A stretch of 64,000 bases of DNA from Xanthobacteraceae bacterium (GTDB lineage Bacteria > Pseudomonadota > Alphaproteobacteria > Rhizobiales > Xanthobacteraceae). The position numbers and the translations under genes are program-made. This document shows, piece after piece, positions 32,410 to 46,197 of this stretch (its first letter is position 1; the number at the start of each line of letters is the position of its first letter). A model generated the notes under the pieces. The model searched no databases, was not told where the DNA came from, and worked only from the letters and a program-made list of their open reading frames with translations. Where the stretch lies: positions 17,749 through 81,748 of the forward strand of contig DATMGD010000009.1 of NCBI GenBank assembly GCA_035555855.1. Direction: 5' to 3'.

Positions 32410-33093
32410 ATGGCGCCCTGGGCTCTCGCCTCCGCACACATCTTCTCCCGCCTTCCCGAAAAGCTCGCCAACGACCTGTTCGCGAAATCGCGGCTCGTCA
32501 AAATCGCCGCCGACCAGACGCTGTTCACGGCGGGCGATCCCGGCGATGGCTGCTATCGCGTCGAGAGCGGGCTGATGAAAGTCAGCGTCATTTCGCCGAC
32601 CGGCAGCGAGCGCATCCTCGCGATCTTCGGACCGGGTTCGTTGATCGGCGAATTCGCGGTGATCGACGGCCAGCCGCGCTCGGCGAGCGTCACCGCCGTG
32701 CGCGAGAGTCTGCTGCGCTTTATCAGCCGCGCGGCTTACGATGAATTTGTCAAGAAGCACCCCGAAGTGCGCGACCACATCATGATGATGCTGATCCAGC
32801 GCCTTCGCGACACCAACAGCATTGTTGCGGCGGCGAGTTTTCTTTCGACCAAGGGGCGCGTTGCACTCGCGCTGCTCGGCCTTGCCGAGGCCTTCGGTCA
32901 GAATCTCGGCGGCGGCCGCCACCTCATCAAGCAGAAGATCACGCAGAACGAAGTGGCGGCGATGGCCGGGGTTGCGCGTGAGAATGTCAGCCGGACGCTG
33001 AACGAATGGATGCGGCAGAAACTGCTGTCGCGGACCGGCGGCTTCTACACCATCGAGAACCGCACGCTGATCGAGGCCGAAGCGGAGAATTAA
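32410..33093 (+). CDS. Crp/Fnr family transcriptional regulator
   Basis: cNMP-binding-like domain (LFTAGDPGDGCYRVESGLMKV, GPGSLIGEFAV) and a C-terminal HTH (QNEVAAMAGVARENVSRTLNEW). I see no N-terminal Fnr-type Cys cluster. Confidence 0.8.
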   Translation: MAPWALASAHIFSRLPEKLANDLFAKSRLVKIAADQTLFTAGDPGDGCYRVESGLMKVSVISPTGSERILAIFGPGSLIGEFAVIDGQPRSASVTAVRESLLRFISRAAYDEFVKKHPEVRDHIMMMLIQRLRDTNSIVAAASFLSTKGRVALALLGLAEAFGQNLGGGRHLIKQKITQNEVAAMAGVARENVSRTLNEWMRQKLLSRTGGFYTIENRTLIEAEAEN

Positions 33094-34010
33094 GCCGCCG
33101 GGCGCTTCGATTTGGCGGCGCCGGGCTTTTTCAGCGACTCGCTCACGATCCTGCCAAGCGCCTTGAAATCTTCCTTGCGCGGCGAACTCGCGCGCCAAAC
33201 CAGTCCGACGCTACGTGCCGGTTCTGGATTGCGGAAGCGAACGAGCTTGATGCGCGGATCGTGGACCTCCGCCTGCGCCGCGACTTCGGGAACGAGCGTA
33301 ATGCCGTAGCCGTTCGCCACCATCTGCATCACCGTCGCAAGGCTCGTGGCGCCGAGGGAAGTCGGCGCGCTGTCGGACGTCGCCGAACAGAACGCCAATG
33401 CCTGATCGCGCAGACAATGCCCTTCTTCGAGCAGGATTAGCCGCCGGGGATCAATCGCGTCCACGCTGATGCGTTGAATTTGCGGTGCGCTCTGGGACGA
33501 CATCGCCAGCAGAAACGGATCCCTGAACAGCTGCAAAGTCTCGAAGGCAGGATGTTCGATCGGCAAGGCTGCCATCATTACATCGAGATCGCCGCGCTCG
33601 AGTTCTCCGACGAGCTGCTTTGTCATCGTTTCCCGCACCTCGAGGCGCAGCGACGGATATTTTTTCTGCAACCGGGGAAGAATGCGCGGCAGGAGATAAG
33701 GCGCGAGCGACGGAATAATGCCGAGCCGCAGCGCTCCCGTCAGCACCTGATCCTTGTGGCGCGCGAAATCGACGAGGTCTTGCACGTCGGTCAGAACTCT
33801 GCCGGCGCGCTGCGCGATCTCGCGGCCGGTTTCGGTCAGCGCGAACTCGCCCGAACGGCGCTCGAGGAGATCGACCTTCAGCTCGCGCTCGAGTTCCCGG
33901 ATCTGCATCGAGAGCGCCGGCTGCGTGACGGCGCAACTTTCCGCCGCACGGCCGAAATGACCGTGTCGCACAAGGGCTGTCAGATAGCGGAGCTGCCGCA
34001 GGGTGACCAT
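33090..34010 (-). CDS. oxyR: LysR-family hydrogen peroxide sensor OxyR
   Basis: LysR HTH (LRQLRYLTALVRHGHFGRAAESCAVTQPALSMQI) and the OxyR redox cysteine pair context EEGHCLRDQALAFC. It is divergent from katG. Confidence 0.85.
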   Translation of the reverse strand: MVTLRQLRYLTALVRHGHFGRAAESCAVTQPALSMQIRELERELKVDLLERRSGEFALTETGREIAQRAGRVLTDVQDLVDFARHKDQVLTGALRLGIIPSLAPYLLPRILPRLQKKYPSLRLEVRETMTKQLVGELERGDLDVMMAALPIEHPAFETLQLFRDPFLLAMSSQSAPQIQRISVDAIDPRRLILLEEGHCLRDQALAFCSATSDSAPTSLGATSLATVMQMVANGYGITLVPEVAAQAEVHDPRIKLVRFRNPEPARSVGLVWRASSPRKEDFKALGRIVSESLKKPGAAKSKRPAA

Positions 34011-34012
34011 TT

Positions 34013-34056
34013 CGATAAGATATTCTTATCGTGTAGGCCAATCAATACGATTGGCC
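34013..34056. promoter_or_regulatory. Two adjacent perfect palindromes in the oxyR-katG divergent promoter (candidate OxyR operator)
   Basis: CGATAAGA-tat-TCTTATCG (34013-34031), which contains ATAA-N7-TTAT, and GGCCAATC-aatac-GATTGGCC (34036-34056). Their centres are 24 nt apart. Confidence 0.5.
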
Positions 34057-34101
34057 CTGATCGGCAGCCATCGCCTAAAACACAACACAGACCCGTTCTA
34101 A

Positions 34102-36324
<2,223 letters not shown>

Positions 36325-36344
36325 TTCGATCGAAGACGACAAAC

Positions 36345-36378
36345 AAAAACGGCCGGGGTAACCCGGCCGTTTTCATTT
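36345..36378. terminator. Bidirectional intrinsic terminator between katG and fabI
   Basis: A 9-bp stem ACGGCCGGG-gtaa-CCCGGCCGT, flanked by an A-run upstream and a T-run downstream. It lies between convergent genes. Confidence 0.75.
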
Positions 36379-36401
36379 AGAGAGAAAATTTATCGAGTGT
36401 C

Positions 36402-37229
36402 TTATTCCGCCGCTTTCGGCATGTTCTTGTCGTCGCCGTTCTTCAGCGTATCGGGGTGCGGCATCGCGATGACGTTGTAACCCGAATCGACGAAGTGGAT
36501 TTCGCCGGTGACGCCGGTCGAAAGATCCGACAAGAGATAAAGCCCCGCACCGCCGAGTTCCTCGAGCGTGACGCCGCGGCCGAGCGGCGAGTTCTTCTGC
36601 TGAAAAGCGAACATTACGCGCGCATCGCCAATGCCGGCGCCGGCGAGCGTGCGGATCGGGCCCGCCGAGATCGCATTCACGCGAATCGCGCGATTGCCAT
36701 AATCGACGGCGAGGTAACGGACGCTAGCCTCAAGCGCAGCTTTCGCGACGCCCATGGCGTTGTAGTTCGGCATCGCCCGGTCGCCGCCGTTATAGGTCAG
36801 CGTGATCATCGAGCCGCCGTCTTTCATCAGCGCCGCCGCGCGCTTCGCGGATTCGGTGAAGGAAAAGCAGGAAATCACCATGGTGCGAACGAAATTATCG
36901 CGCGTCGTGTCGGCGTAGAGGCCCTTCAACTGATTCTTGTCGGAAAAGCCGATCGCGTGGACGTAGAAATCGAGGCCGCCCCACTTCTTTTCGATTTCGG
37001 AGAACACCTTATCGACCGTCGCGATGTCCTCGACATCGCAGGGCATGACCATCTCGCCCTTCACGGATTCGGCAAGCGGCCGGACGCGCTTCTCCAGCGC
37101 CTCGCCCTGATAGGTGAAGGCGAGCTTCGCGCCGTGAGCGGCGACGGCCTGCGCGATGCCCCACGCGATCGAGTGATCGTTCGCGACGCCCATGATGAGG
37201 CCGCGCTTTCCTTCCATCAAACCTTTCAT
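36402..37229 (-). CDS. fabI: Enoyl-[acyl-carrier-protein] reductase (NADH) FabI
   Basis: SDR fold with GKRGLIMGVANDHSIAWGIA and the Tyr/Lys region NAMGVAKAALE. Confidence 0.92.
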   Translation of the reverse strand: MKGLMEGKRGLIMGVANDHSIAWGIAQAVAAHGAKLAFTYQGEALEKRVRPLAESVKGEMVMPCDVEDIATVDKVFSEIEKKWGGLDFYVHAIGFSDKNQLKGLYADTTRDNFVRTMVISCFSFTESAKRAAALMKDGGSMITLTYNGGDRAMPNYNAMGVAKAALEASVRYLAVDYGNRAIRVNAISAGPIRTLAGAGIGDARVMFAFQQKNSPLGRGVTLEELGGAGLYLLSDLSTGVTGEIHFVDSGYNVIAMPHPDTLKNGDDKNMPKAAE

Positions 37230-37276
37230 GTGTCGTCTCTTCGGCTCGTCTAATTCGACTGGCTGCTTATGAAAAA

Positions 37277-38494
37277 TCAGGCGTCGTGACGCTTGAATAC
37301 GAGCGTCGCGTTGGTGCCGCCGAAGCCAAACGAGTTCGACAGCACACAGTTCAATTTCGCATTGTCCACGCGCTTGCGCACGATCGGCATGTCGGCAAAA
37401 TCAGGATCGATCTCGTCGATATGCGCGCTCTCGCAGATGAACCCGTTATTCATCATCAGGAGCGAATAGATCGCTTCCTGCACGCCGGTGGCGCCGAGCG
37501 AGTGGCCGGTCAGCGACTTTGTCGCCGAGATTGGCGGGCATTTCGCGCCGAACACTTCGCGGATCGCCTCGATTTCCTTGATGTCACCGACCGGCGTCGA
37601 GGTCGCGTGCGGGTTGATGTAATCGACCGGCAGCTTGACGTTCTCGAGCGCCATCTGCATGCAGCGAACGGCGCCCTCGCCCGATGGCGCCACCATGTCG
37701 TGACCGTCGGAGGTCGCGCCGTAACCGGCAAGCTCACCGTAAATCTTGGCGCCGCGCGCTTTCGCCCGCTCGTACTCCTCGAGCACGAGAACGCCGGCAC
37801 CGCCGGCGATGACGAAACCGTCGCGGTTCTTGTCGTAAGCACGCGAGGCGACCGCCGGCCTGTCGTTGTAGCCGGAGGACATCGCGCCCATCGCGTCGAA
37901 CAACACCGAAAGCGTCCAGTCGAGCTCTTCGCAGCCGCCGGCGAACATCACGTCCTGCTTGCCGGCCTGAATCATCTCGTAGGCGTTGCCGATGCAATGG
38001 TTCGAGGTCGCGCAGGCGGACGAAATCGAATAGTTGACGCCCTTGATCTTGAACCAGGTGGCGAGCGTCGCCGACGCGGTCGAAGACATTGCTTTGGGCA
38101 CGGCGAAGGGGCCGACGCGCTTCGGACCCTTGGCGCGCGTGGTGTCTGCAGCTTCAACGATCGTTTTCGTCGAGGGCCCGCCCGAGCCCATGATGATGCC
38201 GGTCTTCGGATTACTGATATCTTTTTCTTCGAGCGCGGCGTCGCGGATCGCCTGATCCATCGCGACGTGGTTCCAGGCGGTGCCGCCGCCGTGGAAACGC
38301 ATCGCACGGCGATCGACGATCGCGCTCGCATCGAGCGTCGGTGCGCCGGCGACCTGACTGCGGAAGCCGAGCTTCGCCTGATCTTCAGCGTGCGTGATGC
38401 CGCTCTTCGCCTCACGCAGGCTTGCCAACACTTCCTGAGTGTTGTTGCCGATCGAAGAGACGATCCCCATTCCGGTGACAACGACGCGTCGCAT
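37277..38494 (-). CDS. fabB: 3-oxoacyl-ACP synthase I (FabB-type)
   Basis: [17 protein letters not shown], active-site Cys context SSACATS, and His motifs ([14 protein letters not shown]). It is linked to fabA. Confidence 0.9.
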   Translation of the reverse strand: MRRVVVTGMGIVSSIGNNTQEVLASLREAKSGITHAEDQAKLGFRSQVAGAPTLDASAIVDRRAMRFHGGGTAWNHVAMDQAIRDAALEEKDISNPKTGIIMGSGGPSTKTIVEAADTTRAKGPKRVGPFAVPKAMSSTASATLATWFKIKGVNYSISSACATSNHCIGNAYEMIQAGKQDVMFAGGCEELDWTLSVLFDAMGAMSSGYNDRPAVASRAYDKNRDGFVIAGGAGVLVLEEYERAKARGAKIYGELAGYGATSDGHDMVAPSGEGAVRCMQMALENVKLPVDYINPHATSTPVGDIKEIEAIREVFGAKCPPISATKSLTGHSLGATGVQEAIYSLLMMNNGFICESAHIDEIDPDFADMPIVRKRVDNAKLNCVLSNSFGFGGTNATLVFKRHDA

Positions 38495-38551
38495 GATTGA
38501 CCTCTTCGATTTTTCGGGTCGCGTGGTGCCGCGTTCGCGGCGGCGATGGAT

Positions 38552-39082
38552 TTACGCCTTCGCGGGCGCCATTTGGCCGGCCTGAAACAGTCCGACCTTC
38601 AGGTCAGCCGCCCGATAGATGACTTCGCCATCGGCTGAAAGCCAGCCATCAGCGATACCGAGAACGAGTTTCGAGCGCATGACACGCTTGATGTCGATGC
38701 CGTAGACCACTTTTTTCACGCTCGGCAGCACCTGGCCGGAAAACTTGATCTCGCCGGTGCCAAGCGCGCGGCCCTTGCCGGGTGCGCCAAGCCAGCCGAG
38801 ATAAAAACCAAGCATCTGCCAAAGTGCATCAAGACCGAGGCAGCCGGGCATTACCGGGTCGCCCTTGAAGTGGCAGGCAAAGAACCACAGGTCCGGCTTC
38901 ACATCGAGCTCAGCGCGAATAAGGCCTTTGCCGTGAGCGCCGCCCTGCTCGGAAACCTCGGAAATGCGGTCGAACATCAACATCGGCGGCAGCGGAAGTT
39001 GCGCATTCCCCTCGCCGAAAAGCTCCCCTCGTCCGCAGGCCAGCAAATCCTCGTAACTGAAACTGTTCGGTCTTTCGCTCAT
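38552..39082 (-). CDS. fabA: 3-hydroxydecanoyl-ACP dehydratase/isomerase FabA
   Basis: Active-site region [23 protein letters not shown]. 176 aa. Confidence 0.93.
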   Translation of the reverse strand: MSERPNSFSYEDLLACGRGELFGEGNAQLPLPPMLMFDRISEVSEQGGAHGKGLIRAELDVKPDLWFFACHFKGDPVMPGCLGLDALWQMLGFYLGWLGAPGKGRALGTGEIKFSGQVLPSVKKVVYGIDIKRVMRSKLVLGIADGWLSADGEVIYRAADLKVGLFQAGQMAPAKA

Positions 39083-39334
39083 TGCCGCTTTCTGGATAAT
39101 CTTGTCTGGAACCCTGATTTCCCTAACACAGGCCTCCTATTCCCGAAAGGCAAGAAGCTTTATTTCGAGGTTAGCGTTCAAAAAATGTATTATATTTCAA
39201 TGGTTTATTGTTATTGCGTCGGGTTTTTTGAACTCCTAATATTATAAAATATCATGGGTGGCCTTGCTTGATCCTCGGATCGGCATCATTCATGTTACCG
39301 AACGTAAGCTTTTGTAACGGTAGAGTCTTTGGCA
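39083..39334. promoter_or_regulatory. A/T-rich divergent control region between fabA and irr
   Basis: This 252-nt non-coding gap is strikingly A/T-rich in its 39155-39262 core (e.g. ttcaaaaaatgtattatatttcaatggtttattgttatt, ctcctaatattataaaatatcat) within an otherwise G+C-rich genome. Confidence 0.5.
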
Positions 39335-39838
39335 ATGACCGAACTGGACCGCAGACACCTGTTGGATGACGAACATGTCGAGTTGCCGGTCGAGCAGCTC
39401 AGCACGGAGCCGTCGGCTGGCCGCCGCACCGGCTGCCCGTTCCATGACGTGCGCGCCATGCTGCGCGATGTCGGCCTGCGTCCGACCCGTCAGCGTCTTG
39501 CGCTCGGATGGCTCTTGTTCGCCAAGGGCGGGCGCCATCTCACGGCAGAGATGCTGCACGAAGATGCGCTCAAGGCGCGCTTCCCGGTTTCGCTCGCGAC
39601 CGTTTACAACACGCTCAACCAGTTCACCGAAGCGGGCTTGTTGCGCGAGGTCGCCGTCGACGGTTCGAAAACTTATTTCGACACCGACGCTTCCGATCAT
39701 CATCACTTCTATGTCGAAGGTGACGGAAAGCTGCTCGACATTCACGACACGCTGTCGCTCGATGCCATGCCGACGCCGCCGGAAGGCTACGAGGTTGCGC
39801 GCATCGATGTCGTCGTGCGCTTGAAGCGTAAATCTTAA
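39335..39838 (+). CDS. irr: Iron response regulator Irr (Fur family)
   Basis: Close resemblance to Bradyrhizobium-type Irr. It has the heme regulatory motif GCPFHD, RPTRQRLALGWLLF, PVSLATVYNTLNQFTEAGLL and the His cluster DHHHFY. It is divergent from fabA, as in many Rhizobiales. Confidence 0.88.
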   Translation: MTELDRRHLLDDEHVELPVEQLSTEPSAGRRTGCPFHDVRAMLRDVGLRPTRQRLALGWLLFAKGGRHLTAEMLHEDALKARFPVSLATVYNTLNQFTEAGLLREVAVDGSKTYFDTDASDHHHFYVEGDGKLLDIHDTLSLDAMPTPPEGYEVARIDVVVRLKRKS

Positions 39839-39858
39839 TCTCTAAAAGCCGTAGATCC

Positions 39859-40395
39859 TTATTCCACGGTTTCGTTTGGGTAGACGCCCCAAAGGCGTTC
39901 CTGCTCGATATAACCATTGAAACCGTCGCCGAAGATCCGGCACCATTTACCGTCGCAGGATTTCACCGAAGCAAGCACTCCGGCTTGCAGCTTGGCGACG
40001 ACGCCTGAGCTATTGCGGCTATCGAACAGTGGAAAATCCTTCTTGTCCTTTCGCGCCCAAGGGGCGACCAGTGCCGTGCGGCGGCTCGACAAGAGCGTGT
40101 GAAATACCCAGCCTTCCGTTCCTTCGGAGTCGCGGATCTTCCGCCAGTTTTCGGACTCCGCGATGATTTCGACCGGCAAGCCTGCGCGGGTGAATACCCA
40201 GTTCACTGCATTTTCCCGTGTCGGCCCGGCCCGCAGATTGACCTTGTCTGCTTTGAGGCTGACGAAGCGGGGGATCGGCAGATTGGTCGAGGTGCCCGCA
40301 CCTTGTGCGGCTGCGGCAAACGGCAGCATGACCAGCGCGATCGCCATCGTGGCAATCATATAATTGGCTGTTCCGCGCCATCCTTGCCGGGTCAT
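39859..40395 (-). CDS. Secreted SH3-domain protein
   Basis: A 178-aa product from ATG 40395 with a signal-peptide-like N-terminus (MIATMAIALVMLPFAAAAQG). It has two bacterial SH3-like repeats (VNLRAGPTRE...WRKIRDSEGTEGWV; VVAKLQAGVL...WCRIFGDGFNGYI). Confidence 0.7.
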   Translation of the reverse strand: MTRQGWRGTANYMIATMAIALVMLPFAAAAQGAGTSTNLPIPRFVSLKADKVNLRAGPTRENAVNWVFTRAGLPVEIIAESENWRKIRDSEGTEGWVFHTLLSSRRTALVAPWARKDKKDFPLFDSRNSSGVVAKLQAGVLASVKSCDGKWCRIFGDGFNGYIEQERLWGVYPNETVE

Positions 40396-40534
40396 TCGGC
40401 CTTCCTTCCGGTTCGCAAATTCCGGTCTCACTAGCCGGATTCCCGTCCGGCCTGTCAATCGGTGCTCGGAAAATGGAGCATTTTGAGTTTCAAAAAACCC
40501 TCTGCTAGACAGTTTGCGAGAGGAATGCCGCCCA

Positions 40535-41533
40535 ATGGCCAAGAAAAAACCGCTCGTCGTTGTTACCCGCCGCCTGCCGGAAAGCGTCGAGACGCGCATG
40601 CGCGAGCTTTTCGAAACCCGTCTCAACGATGAAGATCGCCCGCTTTCGCAAGCGGAACTCGTCGCGGCCGTGAAGACCGCCGACGTTCTGGTGCCGACCA
40701 TTACCGACAGGATCGATTCGGCCGTGCTTTCGCAAGCCGGCGAAAACCTGAAGCTGATTGCCAATTTCGGCAACGGCGTCGACCACATTGATGTGGCAAC
40801 GGCGCTCGCACGCGGCATCACCGTGACAAACACGCCGGGCGTGCTCACCGAAGATACCGCCGACATGACGATGGCGCTGATCCTTGCGGTGCCGCGGCGG
40901 CTCGTGGAAGGATCGACGGTCATTACCGCCGAGGAGGAGTGGCACGGCTGGTCGCCGACCTGGATGCTCGGCCACCGCATCTCCAACAAGCGGCTGGGCA
41001 TCATCGGCATGGGCCGGATCGGCACCGCCGTCGCACGCCGCGCCAAGGCGTTCGGCCTGCAGATCCATTATCACAACCGGCGCCGTGTCTTGCCGGAGCT
41101 CGAAGAATCGCTGGAGGCGACCTACTGGGACAGCCTCGACCAGATGCTGGCGCGCATGCACATCGTCTCGGTGAATTGCCCGCACACGCCGGCGACTTAC
41201 CATCTGCTTTCGGCGCGGCGGCTGAAGCTCCTGAAGAAGGACGCCTATATCGTCAACACCGCGCGCGGCGAGGTCATCGACGAGAATGCACTGGCGCGCA
41301 TGCTGGAAGCCGACGAGATTGCCGGAGCCGGTCTCGACGTTTTCGAGCACGCCCCCGCCGTCAACCCGAAGCTCGTCAAGCTTGCCCGCGCCGGCAAGGT
41401 TGTGCTGTTGCCGCATATGGGCTCGGCAACGATCGAAGGCCGCAACGACATGGGCGATAAAGTGATCGTCAATATTCGCACCTTCATGGACGGCCATCGG
41501 CCGCCGGACCGCGTGCTGCCATCGATGCTCTAG
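40535..41533 (+). CDS. D-isomer-specific 2-hydroxyacid dehydrogenase (glyoxylate/hydroxypyruvate reductase-like)
   Basis: NAD-binding GIIGMGRIGTAVARRA and catalytic region NTARGEVIDE ... LPHMGSAT. ATG at 40535. Confidence 0.88.
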   Translation: MAKKKPLVVVTRRLPESVETRMRELFETRLNDEDRPLSQAELVAAVKTADVLVPTITDRIDSAVLSQAGENLKLIANFGNGVDHIDVATALARGITVTNTPGVLTEDTADMTMALILAVPRRLVEGSTVITAEEEWHGWSPTWMLGHRISNKRLGIIGMGRIGTAVARRAKAFGLQIHYHNRRRVLPELEESLEATYWDSLDQMLARMHIVSVNCPHTPATYHLLSARRLKLLKKDAYIVNTARGEVIDENALARMLEADEIAGAGLDVFEHAPAVNPKLVKLARAGKVVLLPHMGSATIEGRNDMGDKVIVNIRTFMDGHRPPDRVLPSML

Positions 41534-41543
41534 TGCAGAAACG

Positions 41544-42347
41544 CTAAGCGTAACGCGAAAGATCGCGGATTGTCGGCTTCTCGCCCGAGAGCGGGTTCTC
41601 GGGATTCCACCCGTAGTTCAAAGTTTCGAAGCGCATTTCGCGGGCGTCGATCATCAGTAGGCGCCCAATGAGCGGCTGCCCGAACCCGACAACCGCGCGG
41701 ATGGCTTCGAGTGCTGCAAGCGAGCCCGCGACACCCGCAAGCGCGCCGATAATGCCGGCCTGCTCGCAAGTCGGCACAGTTCCTTCCGGCGGCGGTTCGG
41801 GAAACAGGCAGCGATAACTCGGATTGGGTTTGCCGTCCGGTCCCTTTTCATGAGCGCGGATTGTGGTGAGCGTCGCATCGAAGGTGCCGAGCGCCGCCGT
41901 TACCAGCGGGCGTTTTGCAAGAAAGCAGGCATCCGAAACGAGATAGCGCGTCGAGAAATTATCCGAACCGTCGAGCACGATGTCGTTCGCTGCGATCAGA
42001 TCGAGCGCATTGGCGGCGCTAAGCCGCATGTTCACTGGAGTGATTTTGACATGCGGGTTGAGCCGCGTGACAACCGACGCGGCGCTTTCGACCTTGGGCC
42101 GGCCAACATCCTCGGTGAAATGGATGACCTGACGTTGCAGGTTCGAAAGCGACACCGTGTCGTCGTCGATCACCGTGAGTTCGCCGACACCGGCGGCGGC
42201 AAGATAAAGGAGCGCCGGCGAGCCGATGCCGCCTGCGCCGACGACGAGCATGCGCGCGGCTTTCAGCTTCTGTTGTCCGGGTCCGCCGACTTCCTTCAGG
42301 ACAACGTGGCGGGCGTAGCGTTCAATCTCTTGCGCGGAGAGCGTCAT
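41544..42347 (-). CDS. MoeB/ThiF/HesA-family adenylyltransferase
   Basis: RYARHVVL ... QQKL, nucleotide-binding VVGAGGIGSP, and Cys motifs (YRCLFPEPP...TCEQAG). Confidence 0.82.
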   Translation of the reverse strand: MTLSAQEIERYARHVVLKEVGGPGQQKLKAARMLVVGAGGIGSPALLYLAAAGVGELTVIDDDTVSLSNLQRQVIHFTEDVGRPKVESAASVVTRLNPHVKITPVNMRLSAANALDLIAANDIVLDGSDNFSTRYLVSDACFLAKRPLVTAALGTFDATLTTIRAHEKGPDGKPNPSYRCLFPEPPPEGTVPTCEQAGIIGALAGVAGSLAALEAIRAVVGFGQPLIGRLLMIDAREMRFETLNYGWNPENPLSGEKPTIRDLSRYA

Positions 42348-42387
42348 GCCGACGTTATCGCCGATCTCGCGCGCGGCCGCAAAGGGC

Positions 42388-44838
<2,451 letters not shown>

Positions 44839-45003
44839 TCAGGGGAAAATCTTTAGAGAAATATAAGCCGTTTTTACCCGAAAAGAATGGCGTAGCGAGA
44901 AGATTCGCGCCTTCTTACCCATTGATATTAATTGGTAATTTGCCGTTTTTTGACACCACCGGCCGCTTCAAGGGGGAACTCGAAAAGGGGCGCTTTTTTT
45001 GCA

Positions 45004-46197
45004 TCAAAAGCCGCCCAGCGGACGCACTTTCCCGGGGACGACGCTGAAGCGTTCCGCCGAATTTCCGAGCGCCTGAAACGAGGCCTCGTCAACACCGGTC
45101 ATGAAAACCTGAGCACCGAAGCGCGCGAGGAGATCGAACAGCGCATCGCGGCGCGCGGCATCCAGAAAAGCCGCGACATCATCGAGCAGCATCACCGGCG
45201 CAAAACCATGCATCGCGGCGACAAGCCGCGCATGGGACACGACAACGCCCACGAGGAGCGCCTTGCGCTCGCCGGTCGAGGCTCGCGCGGCGGGAATATT
45301 CTTGTCTCGATGGGTCAGCACGAGGTCGCTGCGGTGCGGCCCTTCCAGCGTGCGTCCGGCGGCGCGATCGCGCTCGCGATTCTCGCGCAGGGCAGCGCGA
45401 TATTTATCTTCGACTTCGATCGCCGGTGTCTCGCGCACAGCCTTTTCCATCCAGCCATCAAGCGAAAGACCTGCCGCCGGGAACAGCGAACCCGGATCGC
45501 GTGCAACTTCTATTTCGGCACGCAGCCGCTCGACACATTCGGCGCGCGCGGCAGCGACCGCCACCGCAAGCTCCGCGACTTCATGTTCGACCGCGTCAAG
45601 ATACCGCGCGTCGCTCACGCCCTCCTCAAGCAGGCGGTTGCGCGAGCGCAGCGCCCGCTCGAAGGCCGAAACGCGCGTGCTGTGACCGGCATCGATCGCA
45701 AGCACCAGGCGATCCAGAAATCGCCGGCGCTCGCCGGCCGGGCCGAGAAAGAGACCGTCCATCTCCGGCACAAGCCAGACGACCCGCAGATGTTCGGCGA
45801 ACTGCGTGGATGAGGCGACATTCTCTTGCGCAATGCGTGAACGCCGCGAGGGTGTTTCATCACCAAGCGGCGCTTCTATGCCGGTCCCGAGCTGCATTTC
45901 GCCTTCGGCGCCGTCGACAGTTGCGGCGACTGCCCATGAGCCGTCGCCGTCGCTTGACGCCGCATCTTCGAGCGTCGCGCGGCGCAAGCCGCGGCCCGGC
46001 GCGAGGAAGGAGATCGCTTCGAGGATATTGGTTTTGCCCGCGCCGTTGTCGCCCAGAAAGACGACGGGGCCATCATTGAAGCGAAGGTCGGCGCTTCGAT
46101 AGGAACGGAAATTGGTCAGGTGCAGGCGGCGAATGCGTGCCGCCGGGCGCAATCCGGGCTCAGAGACAGGCGATGATTGCTTGCGGCGCGCGCTCAC
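45004..46197 (-). CDS. recF: DNA replication and repair protein RecF
   Basis: LTNFRSY, Walker A GDNGAGKTNILEA, and the signature/Walker B region (LLDDVAAFLD). The GTG start overlaps the dnaN stop (GTGA). Confidence 0.93.
   Translation of the reverse strand: MSARRKQSSPVSEPGLRPAARIRRLHLTNFRSYRSADLRFNDGPVVFLGDNGAGKTNILEAISFLAPGRGLRRATLEDAASSDGDGSWAVAATVDGAEGEMQLGTGIEAPLGDETPSRRSRIAQENVASSTQFAEHLRVVWLVPEMDGLFLGPAGERRRFLDRLVLAIDAGHSTRVSAFERALRSRNRLLEEGVSDARYLDAVEHEVAELAVAVAAARAECVERLRAEIEVARDPGSLFPAAGLSLDGWMEKAVRETPAIEVEDKYRAALRENRERDRAAGRTLEGPHRSDLVLTHRDKNIPAARASTGERKALLVGVVVSHARLVAAMHGFAPVMLLDDVAAFLDAARRDALFDLLARFGAQVFMTGVDEASFQALGNSAERFSVVPGKVRPLGGF

Noticed and set aside
40396-41046. N-terminal 217-aa extension of the 395-aa minus-strand ORF (39859-41046).
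   Set aside because: The extension overlaps the 2-hydroxyacid dehydrogenase gene on the opposite strand and is Ser/Arg/Thr-rich junk. A signal-peptide-bearing 178-aa SH3 protein starting at ATG 40395 explains the real coding part.
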